Shown piece by piece: positions 1 through 10,694 of a DNA stretch of 64,000 nucleotides. A program made the position numbers and the translations under genes. Positions within the stretch are counted from its first letter, which is position 1; each line of letters starts with the position of its first letter. Below the pieces are notes generated by a model that saw only the letters and a program-made list of their open reading frames with translations, was not told the origin of the DNA and did not search any database. The stretch is from a virus. The stretch lies in IMG/VR virus record IMGVR_UViG_3300002461_000323, positions 41,952 through 105,951 of that record; one strand, 5' to 3'.

Positions 1-201
1 CCTGAGCCGAAGAACAAGGACGAGACGAGCACCCCCGGGCAGATCGTGAAGGACGGCCAAGTGCAGTTCGCTGGCTCTGGTGGTGACCCGCGCACGTGGA
101 CAACCATCGTCAACAGCAAGCTCAGCAACCGCCTGAAGGCACTCGCAGCCGAGACCGTGGCCCTCCGAGAAGAAGACGGCACAGCCGGGTCCGAGGTCTG
201 A
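1..201 (+). CDS. 3' end of a partial virion/structural gene
   Basis: Frame 1 is open from the window start to TGA at 199-201, with typical codon usage, and abuts the next ATG. Confidence 0.55.
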   Translation, partial: PEPKNKDETSTPGQIVKDGQVQFAGSGGDPRTWTTIVNSKLSNRLKALAAETVALREEDGTAGSEV

Positions 202-202
202 C

Positions 203-2122
203 ATGGTGGACAACGCGATCTCCCCGTTCTCACGGCCACTCTCGTACGAGGGTCCGGACAACAGCGGCTTCCTCGGGGCTCCCAAGGCCAACCAGTTCGC
301 CCAGCCATGGGGTGAGCCGTTCGAGGACGCCCAGGGCAATCCAATCAACCCGGGTACCCAGGGCGGCCCGAACTTCCGTGCGAGCATCCAGAAGACCAAG
401 GGCAAGTGGGGCAAGCGCCAGACCAAGGAGGTCCAGGATGTCGGGAACATCAGTTGGTACGGCAAGCCGCTGTCCACGAAGCCGGACGCCCGGAAGATGA
501 TCCTGAGCTTCAACGGACCTACCAGCCGGTACTTCCAAGAGGAGTTCTCGTACGGCAGCACTCAGGCACACAGGGAGGTCTACCGTGAGGGTGGTCTGGT
601 GGGAATCGCCCCTGGCCCGGTGCTCGGCGCGGCCGTGCAATCAATTGCAGTCGGCAGCCCGCCCGAACCCACGGACCACCTGAACGTCGTCTGCCTGTAC
701 AACGGTCAAGAGTTGCTCATGCGCAGGCCGCTGAAAGGCCCGTACTACCGTGCGAAGTTCGGTGAGAAGACCGAGCAGCGGCTGTCGGAGTTCAAGAGCC
801 TGACCAACCCCGATGGCTGGGTGACTGTCGGCCAGATCACGATCTCCAACGACTACGACCAGGCGAAGACCCCGTGGTTCTTTAACGAGAGCGGGACTGA
901 GGCCCAGTGCATCCGCATGCGCGAGAAGCAGGGTCTGGACCGCAACGGTGCACCTGTGCCTGAGCGTGCGGGTGACCGGTTCAAGATCACGGTCGGACCA
1001 TCGAACGTCAGCCTCAGCCCCGAAGGCAATGAGCCGTCGTTCGAGTTCAAGGAAGACGGCGAGTCGTTGGCGCTCCCGAACTTCACCAGCCCGATCGACC
1101 AGTTCGGGTTCACTCACAGTTGGTACGAGCACCGAGTGACCTTCAACTCGAAGATGACGGGCAAGCAGGTGGTGGCAGTCGATTACATCGGAGACACCGA
1201 AGTGCTGGTGTACGCGGTGATGGACGTTGACTACCAACTGACCAAGGACTACATGAAGGGCCGGGACAACGAGACCGACGGCGGCATCCAGAAGGGGCCG
1301 TACGACAACCGGGGCTCGTACTCGAACCCGCAGGAACTCGGGGCTGACAAGATCAACTTCTCGGTCGGCGACCACCTGGCGCGGACCTGGTACGGCGGGA
1401 GTGCGAGCCTGACGCTGGAGTTCGAGGTCGAGGGTGTCGAGTACGTGATTCCCCTGGAGTTCACGACCGGCCTGACATCCGATCAGTACGATGGCCGCCC
1501 GTACACACCGCCCAATCGAGACCTGTTCTACCGGGAGTACGTGATCCAGTACCCTCGGTTCTTGGACGTCCGGGGCGGCGGGATGTTCGTCAGCCGCCTG
1601 TACCAGTTCAAGGACTTCGTGGTCCAGGGGCGGAAGTCCGAGGCCGAGAGCGAGACCGTGGACTTGGACTTCGCCGACAACCAGACCAACATCTACCTGC
1701 CGGGGGCTGACAAGTGGACAGCCAGCTTCTACTCCCCGCCGAACCCGCTGAACAACAACGCAGCCAGTTGGAACGAGGTGAAGGCGTACCCGGCCGCTCC
1801 TTGGACCTGGGCGACCAAGACGTTCATCGGCAAGCGGCCGACCGAGAACGACACGGGGATTGTCGGCAAGATTCCGTTCAAGACTTGGTTTGAGCCCACT
1901 CAGACGGTGCTCTACAATAGCTGGTACGGCCTGACCCTGCTCTACCACGACAAGTTCACGACCGACTGCGGGTTCGCACACCGGGAAGACGGCTCGTACA
2001 TCGTTAGCGGAGTGTTCGTTGACCCGGACACCAAGGCGTTGAAAGAGGCCATGCGGAGTCAGCCATTCGACGCCAAGGGCCTCACCAGCGGACAAACCTA
2101 CCACCCCCTGGGTGAAATGTAA
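203..2122 (+). CDS. putative virion structural protein (639 aa)
   Basis: Long ORF with strong codon bias in the tail-gene region; no recognised motif. Confidence 0.6.
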   Translation: MVDNAISPFSRPLSYEGPDNSGFLGAPKANQFAQPWGEPFEDAQGNPINPGTQGGPNFRASIQKTKGKWGKRQTKEVQDVGNISWYGKPLSTKPDARKMILSFNGPTSRYFQEEFSYGSTQAHREVYREGGLVGIAPGPVLGAAVQSIAVGSPPEPTDHLNVVCLYNGQELLMRRPLKGPYYRAKFGEKTEQRLSEFKSLTNPDGWVTVGQITISNDYDQAKTPWFFNESGTEAQCIRMREKQGLDRNGAPVPERAGDRFKITVGPSNVSLSPEGNEPSFEFKEDGESLALPNFTSPIDQFGFTHSWYEHRVTFNSKMTGKQVVAVDYIGDTEVLVYAVMDVDYQLTKDYMKGRDNETDGGIQKGPYDNRGSYSNPQELGADKINFSVGDHLARTWYGGSASLTLEFEVEGVEYVIPLEFTTGLTSDQYDGRPYTPPNRDLFYREYVIQYPRFLDVRGGGMFVSRLYQFKDFVVQGRKSEAESETVDLDFADNQTNIYLPGADKWTASFYSPPNPLNNNAASWNEVKAYPAAPWTWATKTFIGKRPTENDTGIVGKIPFKTWFEPTQTVLYNSWYGLTLLYHDKFTTDCGFAHREDGSYIVSGVFVDPDTKALKEAMRSQPFDAKGLTSGQTYHPLGEM

Positions 2123-2133
2123 GAAAGACGATC

Positions 2134-2904
2134 ATGCCGATTACCAGTTCAGACGTCGCGTTCAAGCGCAGCACCCACACGGTGAGCACGATCCAGGGCC
2201 TCGGCGGTCCGATCGGTACCCAGATTTTCTCGCAGTCGGCGAGTGTCGCGGGGATTGTCACGGGCGTGGCCATCCAGAGCGCGAGCAACAACACCCCGGG
2301 CCTCGGACAACTCTCGTACAACCCGAGCAACCAGTTGCTGGCCTGGCAGCCGCCGACGAAGACCACGTTCTCCGGGATCATCATCACCGGCAGCGGCACG
2401 TACACGATCGGCAACGTCGATGGCTTCATCACCGTGGTTGTGACGTTCGCCAGCCTGCCGTCCGTGTACAAGGTGGAGACGATCACGATCTCGAACGGGA
2501 TCAACAACGTGTTCGACGACATCAACCCCGCACAGGCGTTGATCGGGCAAACCGACTACCGGTGCCTGTACTTCCAGAACAATCACCCTTCGCTGACCGC
2601 CAGCGACATCCGGCTGTTCGTCAGCGGGCCGCCCGCGCTTCCGCACGTGTTCGCCATCGGCCTCGACCCCGCAGGCCCAGGCAACGGCACGAGCACGGGT
2701 GTCGCACAGACGATCGCGGGTAAGACGATCGCCCCCACGGGAGTGGTGTTCACGGCCCCGCTGTTGGCCTCCAGTGGACTGTTCCTTGGCTCACTCGGAC
2801 CCGGGCAGGCGATCGCGTTCTGGGAACGACGAACGATCCCCGCAGACTCCTTCGGGCTGATCCTGCTGGTGACCGCGAGCGTCGGCGTGGCGCTGATCGG
2901 GTGA
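2134..2904 (+). CDS. putative tail/virion structural protein
   Basis: Beta-rich Gly/Thr/Ser protein; the YRCLYFQNN and FWxRR motifs recur in the C-terminal part of 3664..5547. Confidence 0.6.
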   Translation: MPITSSDVAFKRSTHTVSTIQGLGGPIGTQIFSQSASVAGIVTGVAIQSASNNTPGLGQLSYNPSNQLLAWQPPTKTTFSGIIITGSGTYTIGNVDGFITVVVTFASLPSVYKVETITISNGINNVFDDINPAQALIGQTDYRCLYFQNNHPSLTASDIRLFVSGPPALPHVFAIGLDPAGPGNGTSTGVAQTIAGKTIAPTGVVFTAPLLASSGLFLGSLGPGQAIAFWERRTIPADSFGLILLVTASVGVALIG

Positions 2905-2907
2905 CGT

Positions 2908-3408
2908 ATGCCCGGACGTCTTAGCCCGTGGTTGATCAACGGCTGCATCGACACGATTCTCCGGAGCGAGTTCGTAGGCGGCCCAGCGGTGTTCGGCAAC
3001 GACTGGTACCTGAGCCTGTTGGTTGAGAGCCCAGACCCGTACATGGGGCCGTTCGACCAGTTCTTCATCTACCCACGGGCAACCGAAGTCGTGTACACCG
3101 GGTACGCACGCCAGCGGGCCAACCAGTTGAACACCAGTTGGAGGCGCACAGACGGTGACAACGGCACTGCGGCGTCCTCAGGCACCACCGGCGAGACATC
3201 GGTGGGCAACCGCCTGTACTACCCGCTGTGCACGACCTCCACCCAGGTGATCACCCACGTGGGGTTGATGGGCAGCAACATCATCGACCCGGACTTCAAC
3301 TACTGCTACGGGTACTTCACGCTCCAGTTCCCGATCCAACTCCAGAACGCGGCCCCAGGCTTCTACCCGGTGATCGCTCAGGATGCGTTGAAAGTCAAAT
3401 TCGCCTAA
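2908..3408 (+). CDS. small virion protein, divergent member of a 5-gene paralog family
   Basis: The TEVVYTGYARQ and AASSGTTGETS segments match TEVAGGSYARV and ASSGTGGTTS of 18008..18478. Confidence 0.6.
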   Translation: MPGRLSPWLINGCIDTILRSEFVGGPAVFGNDWYLSLLVESPDPYMGPFDQFFIYPRATEVVYTGYARQRANQLNTSWRRTDGDNGTAASSGTTGETSVGNRLYYPLCTTSTQVITHVGLMGSNIIDPDFNYCYGYFTLQFPIQLQNAAPGFYPVIAQDALKVKFA

Positions 3409-3412
3409 GACC

Positions 3413-3661
3413 ATGATCAGCACGAACGACCCGAGCGTACGCGCAGAAGAACAACTACCAGGGTACGCACGGTACCGGAGCCTGGGCGGCCGTCGATGGG
3501 AGGTCTTCGGACAGTGCGTTGGCACGGGACACTGTGCGGGAGACGGCAGCCAGAAGGTGGACACGACGGTCGTACGCACGCCCGAGACCAGGCCCTGTGA
3601 TGCCTGCAAGATCGAGTTCCGTGACCTCCCTCCTGCGGCCTCCAGAACCTCCTGGGACTGA
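3413..3661 (+). CDS. small Cys-containing hypothetical protein
   Basis: Fills the gap exactly between its neighbours; CxxxxxC and CDAC motifs. Confidence 0.5.
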   Translation: MISTNDPSVRAEEQLPGYARYRSLGGRRWEVFGQCVGTGHCAGDGSQKVDTTVVRTPETRPCDACKIEFRDLPPAASRTSWD

Positions 3662-3663
3662 GC

Positions 3664-5547
3664 ATGCCGACCACCCTGTACTTCGCACAGAACACCGCGT
3701 TCCCCAAGGGACCCGGCACGTATCCCACCCTCGCTACCCAGTACGCGAACCTCACACAGACGGGCGCGGTGACGACCGAGGGCTGCATGCTCCCGTACAC
3801 CTGGAGAGCGGTTGCCAACCTCTCGGGTAACAGCCTGAACAACACGACAGCCCAGCGCTTCAGGTTCGGACGGTTCTTCAGCGCACCGTTCGCGCAGGAC
3901 TACACGTGGGTGAACCCGGTGAACAGCGCGGGTGCCATCAAGTTCTTCCTCAGTGACTTCGAAGCCAACCTGAGTGCAAACCATGCAGTGCAGAGTGTGT
4001 GCATCTACGTGTGGAGACCGAGCACGGGTACACGCATAGGCTACCTCTCCCAGATCGCAGACACGCTTGCGGGCGCAAAAGAGCCGACTGCGATCAACGC
4101 GATTCAGAACACGTTGGGCGAGTACTTCACCACCGCAGGCAACATAGCGATACTTGCAGGCGACATTCTGGTGTTCGAGCCGTTCGGCACGTTTACCCAA
4201 GCAGCGGCTACCGCGTACAACATCCGGTTCTACTACGGTGGAGTCACCGCGATCACGACCGAGAACACCGCTGCGGCAACCCCCGCCAGTAGGGTGGACT
4301 TCCCGTATGACCTGCCACTGCTGTACCCACCGAACACGGCTGTCGGCTCGATGGACACGATCGCGTTCTCGGGCACGCTCCCACCGCTGCTGGTAAGCCG
4401 GTTGAACGGTGAGGCCTCGATCATCGACGGCCAAGGTCTGGTGGACGGCTCGCGCTTGCGTGCACGCCTACAGGCCAAGGCCACGTTCTCACCTGCGAGC
4501 CTGAACACACGGGTGCTGCTCAACAGTGGACTGCACTCAATTGCAACGCTCACGAGCGCACTCCAGCAACGGCATGAACTCCAGACAGCGGCTGTGGGCA
4601 CGAGTGAGAGCCTCGGGCAGTTTGAGTCCCGGGCAGTCGGTGATCTGCTCAGCCTGTACTACAGCGGGAGCGGAAGCTCTGGCAATCCCGGACTCTCCCT
4701 GGGCGGTGCTCGCGGAGCCGCGTACGGTGACCAGCAGGTGGTGTTCGACACCGCGATCCCCGGGCTGCAGTTCATCCAGTGCTCGAATATCCGGAGTGGG
4801 CCGATCAACCTGGTGACTGACCCGATTGCCCAGACGATCTCCTGGGTGATCCACCCGCTGCTGATCAAGACCAGCTACTACGGTGGGAACGTGGACACGG
4901 TGTTCGTCGGAGACCTATCCAACGGATTCCTGGTGTTCCGGGTGACCGACAAGAACGCCGTACCCGCTCTGCAATTGATTGCAAACGCGGTCAACCTGGA
5001 GAACACGCTGTTCGCCAACCCGAGCTTGAGCGTGCTCGCATCCGGGGAGACCGTGTACCGGGCGCTGTTCCTGATGAACTACAGCGCTCAGGACATCGAA
5101 CTGCCGGTGCTCAGCCTCGACCACAGTTCGATCGAGACCATCAGCATCGGCACCGAGTACGTGAGTAACCTGAACCTCACCCAGTACCAGCGCAAGATCG
5201 ACGTCCATCGTCGGGGTACGGACGTCACCGGCAGGGGCGACAACCTGTTGATCGCTCCGATCCTGCAGATCAGCCTGAACGTCAGTCCGCTGGGCAATCC
5301 AACGATGTACTCGACGATTGGCCGGGCGCAGGAAACCGACGGTATTTCCACGCAGTTGCCGACCACGCTCGTCGATCAGTTCGATTCCACGCTGCTTCTC
5401 TCGGAGGTACAATTTGGGCCTACGCTCAGTTGGCCGAGGATCAAGGCTGGCAAGGGAGTGAGCTTCTGGGTCCGCAAGGTCCAGCCTCCAGGGGTGGTGC
5501 CACCGGTCACCCAGAAGCTAGGTTTCAAAGTCACCGGCACCTTCTAA
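3664..5547 (+). CDS. putative tail/virion structural protein (627 aa)
   Basis: Beta-rich ORF whose C-terminal domain resembles 2134..2904. Confidence 0.6.
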   Translation: MPTTLYFAQNTAFPKGPGTYPTLATQYANLTQTGAVTTEGCMLPYTWRAVANLSGNSLNNTTAQRFRFGRFFSAPFAQDYTWVNPVNSAGAIKFFLSDFEANLSANHAVQSVCIYVWRPSTGTRIGYLSQIADTLAGAKEPTAINAIQNTLGEYFTTAGNIAILAGDILVFEPFGTFTQAAATAYNIRFYYGGVTAITTENTAAATPASRVDFPYDLPLLYPPNTAVGSMDTIAFSGTLPPLLVSRLNGEASIIDGQGLVDGSRLRARLQAKATFSPASLNTRVLLNSGLHSIATLTSALQQRHELQTAAVGTSESLGQFESRAVGDLLSLYYSGSGSSGNPGLSLGGARGAAYGDQQVVFDTAIPGLQFIQCSNIRSGPINLVTDPIAQTISWVIHPLLIKTSYYGGNVDTVFVGDLSNGFLVFRVTDKNAVPALQLIANAVNLENTLFANPSLSVLASGETVYRALFLMNYSAQDIELPVLSLDHSSIETISIGTEYVSNLNLTQYQRKIDVHRRGTDVTGRGDNLLIAPILQISLNVSPLGNPTMYSTIGRAQETDGISTQLPTTLVDQFDSTLLLSEVQFGPTLSWPRIKAGKGVSFWVRKVQPPGVVPPVTQKLGFKVTGTF

Positions 5548-5556
5548 GGAACGATC

Positions 5557-5988
5557 ATGGCAGGCAGATTCAGCGTGTACGGCGCAAACCAAGTACTGAA
5601 CAAGGTTCTCCGGTCAACCGACTTCTCGGTGCCCGCCAGCTACTGGGTGGCGCTGTTCCGTGCGGCCAACGACACGAGCTTGCGTGCGAACAACCCGAGT
5701 TCGGCGTTGGAGGTCAGCAGCGGCATCGGGTACGTGCGCAAGGAGGTCCGTGGAGCCACGGCCTTGACGTTCAGCCTGAGCACCGCCGCAGCCTCCCAGT
5801 TGTCGGACATCGTCTCCTGGGACCCGGCCACCGGCTCATGGGGAACCGTGACCTACGCGGCGCTGATGGACAGTGCGACCCTTGGCGCAGGCAACGTGAT
5901 CTTGTACGGTGCACTCACGGTTCCCAAGGCTGTTGACAACGGCGACACCTTCCGCATCCCCTCAGGGCTGTTCACGATCGGGCTGTAA
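5557..5988 (+). CDS. small virion protein (paralog family)
   Basis: SD AAGGA; WGTVTYAALMD..GNVILYGALT..K.V..GD motif shared with 16761, 17204 and 18008. Confidence 0.7.
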   Translation: MAGRFSVYGANQVLNKVLRSTDFSVPASYWVALFRAANDTSLRANNPSSALEVSSGIGYVRKEVRGATALTFSLSTAAASQLSDIVSWDPATGSWGTVTYAALMDSATLGAGNVILYGALTVPKAVDNGDTFRIPSGLFTIGL

Positions 5989-8900
5989 ATGGCGCTGTTC
6001 TCCGACCTGCCAAGGATTTGGTCCCGTGAGGAGATAAACACCAGCACGCAGTACATCGTCGAGTGGACTGACGGTGGGCCGTACGTGGTGTTCAGAAACC
6101 CACGCCTGGTTCTTGATCTCGACACCGCGACCTTCGGAGCCCGGGTAGAGTCCAGGGATGTGTTCATCAACGGGGCGATCTCGCAGACGCTCAGAGCCGG
6201 TGCCAACAGCTACGGTGAGGACTTCGGTGACGCCGGGGTGGTCAGTAGCGGGCTGCCCGCTGTGTACTTCGACGCTGGCAGTGGCCGCCTGCCCTCTTAC
6301 GCAGAGTTCACCGAGTGGTTCGGAGTGTTCTCGGAAGACCGTTCGTTCTCCCAGAGCTTCACGTACCTGCGGGGTGCCAACCAAGTGCTGTACACCCGGG
6401 CGAACACCACGGTAGGCGGCTACCCGGGCAACACGTTGGAGAGCACGGGCATCCTGCACGGAAGCGCGATCTTCCAGACCGACCCGCAGTGCATCGCGTT
6501 CTCGCCGACCAACGTCTGGGTGTTCACGCACAAGGACACGGTGAGCCCGGCTGTGAACTCCGAGGTCTACCTGGATGTCTGGAACGGTACGACCGTGACC
6601 TCGACTCAGCGGCTTGATCTGGACGGCCCTATCCTGCACTACCAGATCATCCGTGGGACCACCGGGCAGGTGTACCTGATGTACGTGAAGTACGGGACCG
6701 GCCCCGGATTCGGTACGGGGTACATCCGGGCGATCAACGAGAGTACCCGGGCGCTGTCCGCCATCCTCTGGTCCGGGCCAGTGGGTACCAGCGGCTTCCC
6801 TGACCTCGCGGGCTACCAAGACAACATTTGCTGCAACAAGGTCTACACGTTCGGGACCACGAACTACCTGGTGAACCTCTGGAACAGTGTGATGACTGTT
6901 CACACGTACCAGACGAGCACGCCTAACACGCTGACCCTTCTGTGTACGGGAGAGTTCGCTAACACCACGGCGTACATGGGCAAGAGCGCGGGTGTCGAAT
7001 ACGACCCGGTGTCTGGTGACGCCCACCTCGTGCACTGGCAGATCAAGGACTACTTCGCTACGGGCGGGGAGTTCTCCAACCAGTTGACGCTTGTACGGCA
7101 GTCGCACAATATCAAGCTCAGCACGTTCACGCTCGTCACCGCCAACGCACAGGAGATTCAGGGCTTCGTCGGCATTCCATCGAACCCGAACTTCCAGATT
7201 CTGGACGAGGGCCAAATCCAGTGCTACATCCCGAGCAACGTCGGTGCGGATCGCGATGCGTTCTTGCACTTCTACTGCACTGAGCGCTCTGGGGGGCAGG
7301 CGGTACTGCTCGGCTTCTACGTGCGGCTCAAGAACTGGAACAATCCCGGGCCAATCGATGGCGCGGTGGACGCCACGATCACTGCTGTCGGGGCGACTGT
7401 TCTCGGGGCCGTCGATTACGGGGTGGGCGTGGAGATCATGCCCGAAGTCGGGGTGACTGCTGCGGGTGTGCGCCCACGAGAGTTCCAGATGAACACCCGC
7501 TGGGCACTCCAGGCGAACGCGAACGTCGATGGTGAGGTGCTGATCGACATCCCGGTGGAGGTGGAGGTCAGCGGAGCCACCGGCGATCTCGAAGACTCCG
7601 CGCTTGAGATCAACCCGGATTTAGAGGTCAGCATCGGGAGCGAGATCGTCCGCTTGCGGGATGGCGAGGTCGTGATCGCACTCGATCTGCTGGTGGACAT
7701 CCAGGCCGAGTCCAGCCCTCCGATGGTCGAGGTGTTCCTGAACACCACCTGGCTGTACACGGGCATGGGGTTCATGGCCGAGTTCCAGAACTACATGAAC
7801 GAAGAGCGGGCGACCGTCTTCGGTCTGCCCCCGTACAAGATCATGGGCACGGACGCGATCTCCCGCAAGTTCCTGGAACTGGAAGACATCGCCAGCCGCC
7901 ACAGCCGTCAGATGGCGTTCTACCGGGTGTTCGCTCACGCCAACTCCGTGTTCGAACCCGGCTGGCAGACGATCGAGCAGCGGGTGGGCTACCTGACGAA
8001 CGCCGGTGCCGAGAACATCTTGTTCTTCGCGAACACCGAGTACGGCTCTGGGCTGACCCCGCTGCCCACCGCGTACGAGACCTACCTGTCGTGGAAGAAC
8101 AGCCCGCCCCACTACCAGAACATGACGTACAACTGGGGTGACGACAACGACAAGGTGTATTCGGTGTTCGGCTACGAGTTCGGCCTGAGTATGTCGAACG
8201 TGGACTTCTCCGGATTCTCCGGGCCGCCCGTGGACGACACCTGGGAATTCTTCTACGCGACAAACAACTTTCTGGTTTTGAAGGAGACCCTTATGGAAAC
8301 CTCTGTAGCTCAATACTGGGCGTTCCGAGGGCTGGACGGGCTTTTCCTGCCCCAGTTCTGGAACACCAACTACTACACGCCGATCAAAGTCGAGGCCGAT
8401 TACCCGTACGCACTCGCGATCTCCACTGAGTTGGATGTGCCGTTGAACTCCGTGATCTCGGTCGAGCACGAGCACCCATGGACATCCCAGGTGCTGTCGG
8501 AGATCGTCCACAACTGGGCGCTTGCGAGCGTGAAGGTGCAGGCTGAGGCCTCGTACCTGTACGACCTGCAGCGGCTGCCGGTCTCCAGGGAGATCGAACA
8601 CGCGTACTCGGTGAAGGTCTCCCTGGAGATCGAGTTCCCGTACGCCGACTCGTTGAAGGCCCGGTCAGAGATCGAGATCATTCTCAGCAGCCTGCAATCA
8701 GTTGCACGAGAGCAGAGCATGAGCCTGCCGCTCGGCCCACGTGTGCGTGTGGAACGTGACAGCCCTTACGAACTGGAGCTTCGTCCCCAGGTGGCGGCTG
8801 AGCAGACGATCCTGTACGCGCTGGAGAGCGTGAGCATCGGCAGTGCCCAGCTTGAAGTGCAATTGATTGCACGGGGCATCAGCACCCGGATTCAGGATGG

Positions 8901-9903
8901 CCTGATCAGCGCGGACGCCAGCGGCTCGGGCTTCAAGTTCGACTGCCGGTTGAATTCGCTGGAGAACCTGCAAGGGCTGATCGGCGAGACGATCGTCATC
9001 GACTTCTGCGGTACCGCGTACACGATGATCGTCACCGGACTCTCAGCGTCCGCCGCCGAGGGCTCGGTCGCCCCCTCGTACACGCTGAGTGCGTTCTCGC
9101 CCGTGGTCCTCCTAGACAGCCCGTACGCCGCGCAGATCAGTTACGCCCCTACGGGTCCAACTCTTTTCTCCGACGCCGTACGCGACATCCTGGGCCTGCC
9201 TGTGACCTGGGAGATCGTGGACTGGTTGGTGGACCCTCAGCGCATTCAGGTCTCGAACAGCACGCCCCTGGCAGCCGCTCGTTCGCTCTTGGAATCCGTG
9301 GGTGCGATCCTGATCAGCCTGCCCTCGGGCGTGGTCAAGGCCGTGTACCGGTACGCCAGCGCCTTGGACAACCTGGGGGCTGCAACCCCGGTCGCCAGCC
9401 TGGTGGACGACAACCAAGTGTTCTCGATCAACACCCGCTACGAGTTCAACCTCGGGCTCAACCGCTTCCGGATCAAGGACAGCGACAGCGCGTTCGGAGA
9501 CCAGATCGAGTTCAAGCCGGATGACGACAACGCGTTCTCAGGGATCGCCAGCGTGTACATCAGCCCCGCCCGCTCAAGCTGGAGGCTCCGGAGCACGGCC
9601 GACACCGGTGTGGTCGTCGAAGACCTGGGCGAGATCGTGGACAGCCTGACCGAGACCGTGGAGTTCCGTGCTGGTCAGGCACAGACCACCCGGCCTATAA
9701 TCGGGATCACCAGCCTGTCGTGGCTGAGCACGCCGTTGGGTGGTGTTTCTGCTGATCCGGGGTCTCGAAACCTCACAAGCCTGACGACCGTCAACAGCGG
9801 TTACGGGTTGATCACCGTCACCTACACCTACCGACGCCACGACTTCCGGGTGTCCGCTGCGACAACGATTACGGCCACTCAACTTGTGGTCGAGGAGAAT
9901 TAA
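5989..9903 (+). CDS. large tail/baseplate protein (1304 aa) with an internal CAP/SCP-like domain
   Basis: Long ORF containing NEERA..GLPP, HSRQMA..FAH, GAENI and WKNSPPHYQNM, which match CAP domain motifs. Confidence 0.65.
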   Translation: MALFSDLPRIWSREEINTSTQYIVEWTDGGPYVVFRNPRLVLDLDTATFGARVESRDVFINGAISQTLRAGANSYGEDFGDAGVVSSGLPAVYFDAGSGRLPSYAEFTEWFGVFSEDRSFSQSFTYLRGANQVLYTRANTTVGGYPGNTLESTGILHGSAIFQTDPQCIAFSPTNVWVFTHKDTVSPAVNSEVYLDVWNGTTVTSTQRLDLDGPILHYQIIRGTTGQVYLMYVKYGTGPGFGTGYIRAINESTRALSAILWSGPVGTSGFPDLAGYQDNICCNKVYTFGTTNYLVNLWNSVMTVHTYQTSTPNTLTLLCTGEFANTTAYMGKSAGVEYDPVSGDAHLVHWQIKDYFATGGEFSNQLTLVRQSHNIKLSTFTLVTANAQEIQGFVGIPSNPNFQILDEGQIQCYIPSNVGADRDAFLHFYCTERSGGQAVLLGFYVRLKNWNNPGPIDGAVDATITAVGATVLGAVDYGVGVEIMPEVGVTAAGVRPREFQMNTRWALQANANVDGEVLIDIPVEVEVSGATGDLEDSALEINPDLEVSIGSEIVRLRDGEVVIALDLLVDIQAESSPPMVEVFLNTTWLYTGMGFMAEFQNYMNEERATVFGLPPYKIMGTDAISRKFLELEDIASRHSRQMAFYRVFAHANSVFEPGWQTIEQRVGYLTNAGAENILFFANTEYGSGLTPLPTAYETYLSWKNSPPHYQNMTYNWGDDNDKVYSVFGYEFGLSMSNVDFSGFSGPPVDDTWEFFYATNNFLVLKETLMETSVAQYWAFRGLDGLFLPQFWNTNYYTPIKVEADYPYALAISTELDVPLNSVISVEHEHPWTSQVLSEIVHNWALASVKVQAEASYLYDLQRLPVSREIEHAYSVKVSLEIEFPYADSLKARSEIEIILSSLQSVAREQSMSLPLGPRVRVERDSPYELELRPQVAAEQTILYALESVSIGSAQLEVQLIARGISTRIQDGLISADASGSGFKFDCRLNSLENLQGLIGETIVIDFCGTAYTMIVTGLSASAAEGSVAPSYTLSAFSPVVLLDSPYAAQISYAPTGPTLFSDAVRDILGLPVTWEIVDWLVDPQRIQVSNSTPLAAARSLLESVGAILISLPSGVVKAVYRYASALDNLGAATPVASLVDDNQVFSINTRYEFNLGLNRFRIKDSDSAFGDQIEFKPDDDNAFSGIASVYISPARSSWRLRSTADTGVVVEDLGEIVDSLTETVEFRAGQAQTTRPIIGITSLSWLSTPLGGVSADPGSRNLTSLTTVNSGYGLITVTYTYRRHDFRVSAATTITATQLVVEEN

Positions 9904-10398
9904 ATGCCGACCGTGACCACTAGCTTGAGCGTGAACTTCCAGAGCCCCGAGGCCGGGAGTGATGGTGGCGCGTTCTCCGCCGAGATCGACAGCCGCCCTG
10001 CGCCCGTGGGGTTGAACAAGGGCCGCACCTCGTTCATCCCAGGCGACACCGTGTACCTGCTGCTGTACCCAGGCTCCCAGGTGTCGAACATCCAGGCCTT
10101 CCGGAGTGCGGGCTCGCTCGTACGCGGGAGCACGATCGTGGTCGATGTCGAGGAGCAGGTGTCGTTGGCGAACGCCCGTGAGTTCAGCCTCCGCTACCCG
10201 GTGGCGAATACTCCGGTGTTCACCTGGTATGGGGCCAACCCAGGAGCGCTCACCCGCTCAGGCGACCAGAAGTTCTCGGCTGCGAGCGAGGCGGTTGCGA
10301 TCGGCAAGGTCAACTACCAGGCGATTGCGATCGTCTACATCCTGTCCGGGATCACCCACCCCTCGGCGCTCGTGGTGTTCACCGGAGAGACCCCGTGA
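9904..10398 (+). CDS. putative tail protein
   Basis: Coupled to the upstream stop (TAAATG); beta-rich. Confidence 0.6.
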   Translation: MPTVTTSLSVNFQSPEAGSDGGAFSAEIDSRPAPVGLNKGRTSFIPGDTVYLLLYPGSQVSNIQAFRSAGSLVRGSTIVVDVEEQVSLANAREFSLRYPVANTPVFTWYGANPGALTRSGDQKFSAASEAVAIGKVNYQAIAIVYILSGITHPSALVVFTGETP

Positions 10399-10694
10399 TC
10401 GACATCCTGACCATCCGTGGACCAGGGGATGCCGATGGTGGCGAGGTCTTCGACCCGCTGCTGAGTTCGGTCGAGGCGGCGGTTCAGCGTGGCCGGTACG
10501 AGATCGACCAGAGCGCTCCGATCCAGAACGTGAACCTCGACTGCGTGTACACCCCGACTCTGCAGGTTGGCAGCGTGATCGAAGCGTTGGACATCACCAC
10601 CGGGCTGGCTGTGCGCGGGATCATCAAGTCGTTCACCCATGTGGTAGACGGGGTTGTCGTGTTCACAAGCATTTCATTGGAGGTCCCAGTATGA
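10395..10694 (+). CDS. putative tail protein
   Basis: GTGA overlap with the upstream gene; SD GGAG. Confidence 0.55.
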   Translation: MIDILTIRGPGDADGGEVFDPLLSSVEAAVQRGRYEIDQSAPIQNVNLDCVYTPTLQVGSVIEALDITTGLAVRGIIKSFTHVVDGVVVFTSISLEVPV

